A stretch of DNA of 64,000 nucleotides, taken from contig OX597833.1 of the NCBI GenBank assembly GCA_951406725.2, positions 47,182,001-47,246,000 of the forward strand, written 5' to 3'. The notes beneath the pieces are model-generated. The model was not told the DNA's origin and ran no database searches. It worked only from the letters and a program-made list of their open reading frames with translations. A program made the translations under genes and the position numbers. Source of the DNA: Octopus vulgaris. Its lineage: Eukaryota. Within the stretch, counting starts at the first letter, position 1, and every line of letters begins with the position of its first letter. This document shows positions 53,136-64,000 of the stretch, piece after piece.

Positions 53136-56072
53136 TGCCTTATAGAACATTCTAATTTCGCTCTTGTACACTCTTGTATACTCAGTGAGTTTATTCCCTT
53201 CTCTGCTTGACTTCTAAAACACTAATAATATTGTAATGACAACAGTTTAATATCAATTAATATAACTTACGATTATACCAAGGTAAATAATTCCTACAAA
53301 AGCAGTCATGAGTTATCTCCCTTCTATCACACTATAATGTATATGATGACCTGGTTTATCACCAAAATGGTGTTTAACTTGATATTTGCTTGAATGAAAT
53401 TTGAATGCACCTTATTCTTGGGTATTATTGTGTTATCCATCTGGAGGATCTTGAAGTAGCAACGTATTCATCTAGTAAACTGTATTTAATAATAATATGA
53501 CCTGGTGCAATACCAGGCTGTGGTTCTTCTGGCTTCCTATCTTATATAATAATAATAATAATAATAATAATGAAATTATTGTATACAGTGCTCAGGTGCA
53601 CCACAACAATATGATTGGAAGTGTTAAACATGTACATGCTTTGCCTTGGTATAAAAAAGGGGCTAGAACAAATATTCTGCTTAATGCATTAAATTTGCTT
53701 GTCAGCTGCTTGACCCTAACCAGATGAGTCCCTTAGTGGCTGACAATATGTGCATCTCTAATCAGGAGCAAAAGTAGGAAGGGAGCATCATGTTGAGAGA
53801 GATTCTTCAGGGTTTTAATAATTCATCCTTAAACCTTATTCAGGGACTTTTTTGAGTAGGATGGGCTAGTCTCATCATCATCATCATCATCATCGTTTAA
53901 CGTGCGTTTTCTATGCTAGCACGGGTTGGACGGTTCGACCGGGATCTGGGAAGCCAGGAGGCTGTACCAGGCTCCAGTCTGATCTGGCAGTGTTTCTACA
54001 GCTGGATGCCCTCCCTCGAAGATAATTCTAACTGAGCCCTACCTTCAAGGTCATGGACTGTTTATCTGGATATGAAGTCACCATATGTCACACACATATG
54101 GTTATGATGCATGTGCCTGGTGTAACGTTATTAGATAGGTAGTCTTGATGGGTATATTGGGCTTCGTATATTTGTACCCTAGTGTCACTTGAATTGTGTG
54201 TACTGCTATTTCATTCAACAACAACAACAACAACAACAATAATAATAATAATTATAATCCTTTTTACTAAAGGCACAAGGCCTGAAATGTTGGGGGAGGG
54301 GACTAGTCAATTACATCAACCCCAGTATTTCACTGTTATCTATCAACCCCAAAAGGATGAAAAGCAAAGTCGACCTCAGTAGAATTTGAACTCAGATCAT
54401 AAAGACGGATGAAATGCTGCTAAGCATTCTGCCCGGTGTGCTGACAATTCTGCCAGCTCACCGCCTTAATAATAATGATAATAATGATTTCTTTTCTTCG
54501 CCACTTTTATTTAAATCAGATTACAAGGACAGTTTACAATTTGTGTGGAGATTTACTTATAAAGATGAAGGGACAAAAGGAAGAGAAGGGCATATAAAAA
54601 GTATACAAAATATTGAACACTTGGATGATACAGTCCTCCTGATATAGAAGATCTTCCAACTGTGGCCAATCAAGGAATCCTACAGATCTATTATTGTCCC
54701 AACCACCAAGGGCACAAGCCCTCACCCAATTATTGTTCAATCTACAAGTGCATGTTTATATTACTCAAAGGTAATGACTAGTGACCGAAACCTTTGGTTA
54801 TATGCTGTGCTTGAGAAGACCCGTCAAGACAACCGAAATTGTAGTCATGGCCCTTGCTGGTGTCACTCAACTGGCACCCATGCTGGGGGCACATAAAGAT
54901 CACCTTTTGAGCATTGGGCCTCGCAGAGACAAAGTAACTGAGTTCCTTTCACGCATTTGGCCTCACAAAGGCAATAACCAAGACCCTTGGCATTATGTCA
55001 TGCTTGAGAAGAAGACCCATCAAGCCAAGCAAAATCACAGTTGTGGCAGATACTGGTGTCACGCCAATGGTACCCATGCTGCTGGCATGTAAAAGCACCC
55101 ATTACACTCTCAGAGTAGTTGGCATTAGAAAGGGCATCCAGCTGTAGAAAATCATGCCAAATCAGACTGAAAACTGGTGCAGCCTTCCAGCTTACCAGTC
55201 CCAGTCAAACTGTCCAACCCATGTCAGCATTGACAACAGATGTTAAATAATGATGATGATGATACATATATATATACCCCAGTATTTCACTGTTATTTAT
55301 CAACCTCAAAAGAAATGAAAGGCAAAGTCGACCTCAGCAGAACTTGAACTCAGATCACAAAGATGGATGAAATGCTGTTAATAATTCTGCCAGCTCACCA
55401 CCTTAATAATAATGATAATAATGATTTCTTTTCTTTGCCACTTTATATATCTATATATATATATACGTATGTATGTGTGTGTGTGTGCATGCGTGCGTGT
55501 GTAAACTATGAAAGAAAGAAAATGGAATTCATGAGATTCTTTATTCAGAGCCACTACAATCATTTTGACTCATTATGCACCTGTATTTTGCAGGCAAGAT
55601 GCTGTGCAAACAGTTGTGATGCATGATTGGTGCAGATGCATTGCCTTAGGTGACTTTTCAAAAAGTAGCTACACAGCTAGTTTCTTTCAGTTTCCATCTA
55701 ACAAATCCACTTACATAGGCTTTGGTTGGCCTGAGGTTTAAAAAAAAAAAATAATAATAATAATAATAATAATAATGAAATTATTGTATACAGTCCTCGG
55801 GTGCACCTCAAGTGCTCAGGTGCACCACAAGTGCTCAGGTGCACCACAAAGTGCTCAGGTGTACCACAAGTGCTCAGGTGCACCACAAAGTGCTCAGGTG
55901 CACCACAGGTTATAATAGAAGACACTTGCAGTGGGACTGAACCTGGGGCCATGTGGTTACGAAGCAACCTTCTTACCACACAGCCATGCCTGCACCTATA
56001 TTTATTAATTTTATTTTTTATCTTTTACACTTATTTATTTTGATTTATATATTTCTTTCTTTTAATTTCCAG

Positions 56073-56176
56073 AATTCAGTACCTGTGCCTGCCCTAAAAA
56101 TGCAAGCATGAAAAAGATTCACTTGCCCTCCTGTAGTGAATATAAGTATTCGTCATCACCTTTTAGCCTCCGTCAG
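56073..56176 (+). CDS. Exon (EFSTCACPKNASMKKIHLPSCSEYKYSSSPFSLRQ)
   Basis: tttaatttccag| acceptor, CAG|gtaagt donor, 104 bp, phase 1 to 0, open. Confidence 0.8.
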
Positions 56177-56313
56177 GTAAGTACAGCAAAATATATTTAT
56201 ATACTTGTTTCATTCATTTGGCACCTTGGGCAAGTGTCTTCTACAATAGCCTTGGGCCGACCAAAGCCTTGTGAGTAGATTTGGTAGATGGAAACTGGAA
56301 GAAGCCCGTTGTA

Positions 56314-56388
<75 letters not shown>

Positions 56389-56619
56389 ATATATGCTTGT
56401 GTGTCTGTATTTGTCCTATCCCCCCAACATCGCCTGACAACCGATGCTGATGTGTTTACATCCCTGTAACTTAGCGGTTTGGCAAAAGAGACCAATAGAA
56501 TAAGTACTAGGCTTACAAAGAATAAGCCCTGGGGTCGACTTGCTCGACTAAAGGCGGTGCTCCAGCATGGCCACAGTCAAATGACTGAAACAAGTAAAAG
56601 AGTAATGGATTGCAGTTAT

Positions 56620-57000
56620 CACCAATGCGTCTGTGAACTTTCTTCATGCAATTTTGGTCTGCCCGCTTGGGCTCTTGTGTCTCCCTTGAGGTGTCCATCG
56701 GAGGTCTTGCCTTGTAATGTTGGAAACAAATTTCATTTAAGGTGTGTTCCAGCGAACCACATTTCCACATCTTCATTTGGGTGTCGATAAGTTACCAGGT
56801 TTGTCTGTTCTCACAAGGCTTTGTTTGTGAGTCTGTCTCATTGTTTCACTGTCTCACCTGGCAGATGTTTCAGACACATTTATTCACAAATGCTTCGAGC
56901 TTTTCAATGGAGAACTTTGTGACTCACCATGTTTCACACGCACACAGCAGAACCTTCATATTTATATTAAAGAGTCAGTTTTGTGTTTGTTAACAACATC
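56620..57000 (-). mobile_element. Decayed RTE-clade LINE fragment (similar remnant at 44570-44740, plus)
   Basis: Broken peptides KLEAFVNKC, IDTQMK..K, EHTL, ITRQDLRWTPQG. Confidence 0.55.
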
Positions 57001-57257
57001 TGTGATCTTCAGATGGGTCTGAAAATACCTGAAGGCAGCTATAACTTTCCCAACCCTTGTTTTATATCCTCATCAGTTCCATCCTCCTTATTGATGACCC
57101 TTCTCAGGATGGAAGCTGTAAGGACACAACACATTCAGTCATAAATTGGATCAATCAAGGCTCACCTTGAGCTTAACAACAACACTAACAACAGCTGTTA
57201 TGGAAAAGAACACCTATTGAAAAATGAAATGATTTTCTTTTCTCTGTTTTTCTATAG

Positions 57258-57333
57258 AATGATGGGTCTATTTTCCCTTCAAAATCTGAGTGGACCCCAC
57301 CTGTATACACAACTTCATCAAGTTTTGAAACTG
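57258..57333 (+). CDS. Exon (NDGSIFPSKSEWTPPVYTTSSSFET)
   Basis: tttttctatag| acceptor, CTG|gtaagt donor, 76 bp, phase 0 to 1, open. Confidence 0.8.
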
Positions 57334-57611
57334 GTAAGTAGTTATATTTCAACTTTCTTACTTTTTTTTTTTTTTTTTTTTTATGCTTTAGTCTCTATGC
57401 AGGTAAAAACATGAGCAGGAAGAAAGTTTCAAAAACTTTTAAGATGAAAAAAAATCAAAGACCCTAAAATTTTTTTTTTAAAGATTGATATATTCCAGCT
57501 ATAAAAAAAAATAATTTATGTACACACACAATTACTTGTGCACACATTCATATATATACTCTCTCTCTCACTTTCTCTCTTTCTATTTATCTATGAGTGT
57601 CTGTCTACTTA

Positions 57612-57639
<28 letters not shown>

Positions 57640-57643
<4 letters not shown>

Positions 57644-57725
57644 TCGATCAATTAATCTATCTGTCTGTCTGCCTGCCTGCCTGCCTGTCTGTGTGTTTGT
57701 CTATCTGTCTATCTATCTGTCTATC

Positions 57726-57756
<31 letters not shown>

Positions 57757-57783
57757 CGATCGATCGATCACTCTAGATGTTTG

Positions 57784-57814
<31 letters not shown>

Positions 57815-58199
57815 GTCAATTAATCTTTCTATCTATCGATCGATCACTCTAGATGTCTGTCTGTCTATCTATCTATCTATCTATCAATTAATCTATCTAT
57901 CGATCGATCACTCTAGATGTTTGTCTGTCTGTTTATCTATCTATCTATCTATCAATTAATCTATCTATCGATCGATCACTCTAGATGTTTGTCTGTCTGT
58001 CTATCTATCTATCTATCTATCAATTAATCTATCTATCGATCGATCACTCTAGATGTTTGTCTGTCTATCTATCTATCTATCTATCAATTAATCTATCTAT
58101 CTATTGATCGATCACTCTAGATGTTTGTTTGTCTATCTATCTATCTATCTGTCAATTAATCTCTCTATCTATCGATCGATCACTCTAGATGTTTGTCTG

Positions 58200-58238
<39 letters not shown>

Positions 58239-58290
58239 GTTAATTATCTATCTATCTATCTGTCGATCACTCTAGCTGTCTGTCTGTCTA
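57640..58290. repeat. Higher-order ~55-60 bp tandem repeat built on (TCTA)n
   Basis: Recurrent atcgatcgatcactctagatgt and atcaattaatct blocks, about 8 units. Confidence 0.9.
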
Positions 58291-59344
58291 ACTAGCTATC
58301 TATCTATTTATTTTATCCCTCAGTCCGTTCATCCATCTGTCTCTCTGTCCATCTGTTTGTCTGTCTGTCTATCTATCTATCCCTCCATCCATCTATCTCT
58401 CTATCTATATATCTTTCTATTCATCTCTCAATCAATGTTACCCATTTCATCCATTCATCCAGCTATCTCTCTGTCCATCTATCCATCCATCCATCTAGCT
58501 ATCAATCTATCTATTTCACACATACCACAACCTAGTACATCACTGTGTCATTAGCAGATTCACTTCAACCAGACTACACACATACACATACACACAAACG
58601 CACACACATGCATAATCAGTTCCTTTCTTAGCCACATTTTTCCTGCTGGTATTGACCTACAGATGTATTCAGAATTACCATCAGCGGCAACAATCTCTGC
58701 CAAACATCATGGACCTTTCTGCCTTCTGCCTTGACTAACTTCTAATCCAAACAGAGATGTGCTCTACCTTCCCGTGTTCCCTCATCATATACTTCTCCGA
58801 TTGCATACAACCACACATCCATCCTTCCATGGTTGCATGCCTGGGGTGTTGATATTTGTTAAAGTAGATTTTCTTATTTTACAGTTGATGTCCTTGCTAA
58901 TACTTACTACCCAGTCAGAAAGTGTCTTTACCCTGGCACAGTACGATGGCTGTAGTTAAATCCGAACTTACTACCTTTGTGCTGTCAGTAGTCAAGTATC
59001 TTAACCTCATACACACATGCACACACGCATGCACACACACACACACACACATGCATACATGCACATACATACACATATATATCCACACATCATAACCTCA
59101 CACCGCCTCAAATCATAACCAAATGCATATGCACCCACACAAACACACACACACACACACATGCATACATATATCCTCACATCATAACCTAACACAATGC
59201 TCGCACGTCTTCAAATCATAACCAAATGCACACACACACACACACAAGCACACATACACACACACACACATGCATACATGTACATACATACACATACACA
59301 TACATATCCTCACATCATAACCTTACACATCCTCAAATCATAAC

Positions 59345-59703
59345 CAAGTGCACACACAAGTTAAATGCACAAACATGCACACACAAGTAAATGCACACAA
59401 GTTAAATGCATGCAAATGCACACACAAGTAAATGCACACAAGTTAAATGCACGCAAATGCACACACAAGTAAATGCTCACACAAGTTAAATGCACACAAA
59501 TGCACACACAAGTAAATGCACACAAGTTAAATGCACGCAAATGCACACACAAGTAAATGCACACAAGTTAAATGCACGCAAATGCACACACAAGTAAATG
59601 CACACACAAGTTAAATGCACACACAAGTAAATGCACACACAAGTTAAATGCACACAGAAGGTAAATGCACATACAAGTTAAGTGCATGCACAAATGCACA
59701 CAC
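59345..59703. repeat. Minisatellite, 14-17 bp unit aaatgcacac(ac)aagt(t)
   Basis: More than 20 consecutive units. Confidence 0.9.
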
Positions 59704-60378
59704 ATACTCTCAAAAGTTAGCCTCCACGTGTAACTCAGCATAATCTCACATACACACACACACACATTCTGACATCTTGATATTAAACGTATACACACAT
59801 ATCTCCGTATTTTAACGTCTCAAATATGCAAATGTATACTCACATATATACATGCATGTGTTCTCATGCTTTAACCTCACTAAGTGACACACATGTCTAT
59901 TATGTCTTAACCTTACATACATACTAATACTCTTAACATCTTAATCTCACAAACACGCAAACTAACAAGAGAAGCCTTTATGTGGTCATTCCGATACACA
60001 CAGACACACACACAGACATAGACATAAAAACACACAAATATGAATGTGTGTGTGTGTGCAGTATCTGTATTGCATGTATGTGTGTGAATGTGTATATTCT
60101 CACGCAGACATCTGAAAAGTAAATAGACATCTTCATTTTTTTTTTCATTTTTTTTCCTTATGAAAGATTTTATTTACTAAAACAAAATAATGTCATTTCG
60201 TTGGCATTTAAATACTTAATCTAGCATTTAGCAGGCATGACTTGTGCAGTTGTTAATTATTTAACTATTTAACACCAATTTCAACATCATACTAATGACT
60301 AGTGTCCACACAGATAAATCAGTATATTGAGAGGTGTCTATTTATTTTTGTGATGTCTGTGTGCATATATATAATATA

Positions 60379-60508
<130 letters not shown>

Positions 60509-60549
60509 TCAATCAAATTCCAACTTAATCAGATTTTCACATTTTATTC

Positions 60550-61130
60550 ATCATCATCATTGTTTAACGTCTGCTTTCCATGCTAGCATGGGTTGGATGA
60601 TTTGACTGAGGGCTGGCAAACCAGATGGCTGAACCAGGCTTCAATCTTGATCTGGTAGAGTTTTTACAGCTGGATGCCTTTCCTAATGCCAACCACTCCG
60701 AGAGTGTAGTAGGTGCTTTTACATTCCACGGGCACGGGGCCAGTTAGGCGGTACTGGCAATGACCTCGCTCGAATCTTTTTACACATGCCACCGGCACAG
60801 GTGCCAATAAGGTGATGCTGGTAACGATCACGCTCGAATGGTGCCTCTTACATGCCACTGGCACGGAGGCCAGTTAGCCACTTTGGCAACAATCATGCTC
60901 GGATGGTGCTCTTAGCACCCTACTAGCACGGGGCTTAAGTGCCAGGAAGGTGACGCTGGTAACGATCACACTCAAATGGTACCTTTTATGTGCTACACGC
61001 ACAGAAGCCGGTTAGCCGCTCTGTCAACGATCACTCGTATGGTGCTCTTTGCACCCCGCTAGCATGGATGCCAGTCATCAAATTTGATTTTGATTTTGAT
61101 TTCACTTGCCTCAACAGGTCTTCGCAAGCA
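60550..61130 (-). mobile_element. Retroposon with (GAT)n tail and internal ~50-bp tandem units
   Basis: catcatcattgtttaacgtctgctttccatgctagcatgggttgg end shared with 38720-39225, 43940-44270, 50320-50520, 53872-54015, 54780-55263, 62210-62430. Confidence 0.7.
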
Positions 61131-61647
61131 GAATAAACCAGTATTTTCATATTTTACACAATCATCAGGTTTATGTAGTGACAATCATGTTCTACAATTG
61201 ACGTGGAACACATCTATCACTACATAACCCTGATGATTGTGGAATGTATGAAAGTACTGGTTTATTTCAGTATAGTAAAATTGTAAAAATTGAAAATAAT
61301 AACATCAGACTAAGTTGGAATTTCATTGATTAATATATTCTTCTATACACAACCATGCAAACTCAGGTGTGTGTGTATGTGTTAATATTGAACAGTGAGA
61401 ATGAGTGCTGAACACCACATTGGTGACTAAATGTTCTTTATTCGTGGGTTAACAAAGCTACCATTGGTTTCATGTCGAGTGAAATCTCTCAATAATTATC
61501 AAACCTGCCACATGGAATGTCGTTGTTCATCTCCATCTTGGATGGAAACACCAAGATGGAGATTAACACCAACATTCCATGTAGAAGGCTTGGCTTGATA
61601 ATTGTTGAGGTTTCTCTTGACATGGAACCAATAGTAGCCTTTTTAAT

Positions 61648-62205
<558 letters not shown>

Positions 62206-62797
62206 ATACCATCATCATCATTATCATCATTTAACCTCCATGTTTCATGCTGATATGGGTTGGGCAGTTTGATAGGATCCGGTGTGCCCGAGGACTACAT
62301 CATGTTCCAGTGTCTGCTTTGTCATGGTTTATTCCTCTGGATGCCTTGCTGAAGACCAACCGCTTTACAGCATATACTGGATGTTTATTTCATACTGTCA
62401 GTGTTACAATGGTCACCAAGTGGCTTGCATAACTACAAACCCCAAAGTGTGTGTGTGTGTGTGTGTATGAGAGAGTGAGGTAACTTAATGGTAGAGGATG
62501 AGCAGTAGAGAATTATAAAGTATGAGAGAAAAGGGCCAGCGCAGAGCAAGTTCCTTGCTGGACTATTTGCATTTCAGGAGAGAGGATAGCAACGATCAAA
62601 TGCAGGTAGAAAACCATAAAAACAGTGGTGATGAGGAGGGGGTCAAGGTCAACCTTTATCGTATGAGAGGGTTGACGATGGGATAGGCATCTACTTCAAG
62701 CATGAAAAAGTGGATGGTAAATAATGATGATGATGATGTTGATGATGATGATGATGATGATGATGATATTGAAGATTATATGTACTTTCAATTTCAG

Positions 62798-62882
62798 ATT
62801 TTATTCCAGAACCAATAGTACCATCATTATTAATACAAAGAATAAACAATATTTTAACCAGAAATTCCGACTTATATAATAG
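62798..62882 (+). CDS. Exon (DFIPEPIVPSLLIQRINNILTRNSDLYN)
   Basis: ttcaatttcag| acceptor, TAG|gtaagc donor, 85 bp, phase 1 to 2, open. Confidence 0.75.
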
Positions 62883-63282
62883 GTAAGCCTTTTATTTATT
62901 TATTTTAGACTTTTTCTTTTATTTTATTTTCAAAACTTGCTGATTGCATACTAGATGATCTTGTAGTTATTTCAAACATCTTGGTAAACTGAAATGAAAC
63001 AGAAACAAACATACTAATAAAATCAAGGAGCAAGGTCCTTCCCAAGTCATCGGCTCATAAGGCCAATTTCCCCAAATTTTTTGGCATATATGTTACCTTG
63101 CTGTCCTGGATGATGGTCTGTCACAAGATTACTCATTTTCACAATGTGAAATGAAGTGTCTTGCTCAAAAACACAATGCATTGCCCAGTCCAGGAACTGA
63201 AATCACAATTTTACAATCATGAGTGGAATGCTCTAAGCACTGAGCTACATGTATCCATTCATTATAAAATACCTGTTGTGAA

Positions 63283-63785
63283 TTAAGATATGAACCATTT
63301 TGTTGCACAATGCGTTTCCATCTTTCCTTTAACTTGAAAATACCCTCTTCCCATAATTGAGGTGGTTTCATGGCAAAGAATTCATCAAGGTATCTTTTTA
63401 CGTCATCCAAGGAATTGAAATTTTTACCATTAAGACTATTCTGCAGAGACCTGAATAAGTGGAAATCCGAAGGAACAACATCTGGTGAATATGGAGGGTG
63501 ATGTAACACATCCCAGCTGAGCTGCAGCAATTTTTGTCTGGTTCCCAAAGCATCAAGTGCCGAAAATGAACTTTGTCTGATTCCCAAAGCATCAAGTGCC
63601 GAAAATGAACATTTTAAAGGGTTACAGAATTAACCCAGGTTATCGGAACATAAACCTTCTTCCACGAAAACTGTACTCTAAATGGAGGTGTAGTCAAATT
63701 CTATTTTATGAACTCAACCATGTTCTAAAATAAGTCGAAAGGTAAGCTACTATAAATCGGCACGAACTTTCCGGACAGCCTAATA
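63283..63785 (-). mobile_element. Mariner remnant with internal deletion
   Basis: WDVLHHPPYSPDVVPSDFHLFRSLQNSL...GIFKLKERWKRIVQQNGSY; one TIR (minus) ttaggctgtccggaaagttcgtgccgatt next to TA; 30-bp duplication at the deletion junction. Confidence 0.9.
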
Positions 63786-63868
63786 TTTTCCAAAATCATG
63801 AGCGCTGTGCTGTTTTTTTGATTTTTATAAGCATCAACATTTTTAAACAAGCATTTTTGTTGTCACAG

Positions 63869-63890
63869 ACTCAGAGGCCATCTCAAATGA
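63869..63890 (+). CDS. Probable terminal coding exon (RLRGHLK*)
   Basis: ttttgttgtcacag| acceptor; the phase-2 continuation reaches TGA at 63888-63890. Confidence 0.55.
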
Positions 63891-64000
63891 ATTGCTAAAA
63901 TGCCACGATCACAGAATCTGAATTTCCAAAAAAAGAAAAATTACTCCATCAGGGAATCATAACAAAAATGTTTTGATGCAACTTCATTTTTTTCAAAAAT

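Overview
AT-rich, microsatellite-dense eukaryotic DNA. The SINE families, repeat load and long introns point to an octopus/cephalopod genome (inference). Almost all ORF-track entries are microsatellite or repeat artefacts. One multi-exon host gene can be built by hand on the + strand from eight phase-compatible GT-AG exons (22213..63890, about 255 aa), with a CxxC-x11-H-x3-C zinc finger split across two exons. The rest is nested mobile DNA: several tRNA-derived SINE families, LINE fragments (CR1, RTE/BovB-like, R4/Dong, Hero, an L1/Tx1-like end), Tc1/mariner remnants, hAT, pogo, piggyBac and Merlin-like MITEs, a head-to-tail non-autonomous Helitron array, and a 450-bp TRIM-like mini-LTR element. 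The most interesting signal is a set of short non-coding fold-back insertions with Penelope-like architecture. They carry minimal type-I hammerhead ribozyme motifs whose core 3-8 pair covaries between families (G3-C8, U3-A8, C3-G8), each with one extra nucleotide after A9. All calls were read by eye; no searches were run.
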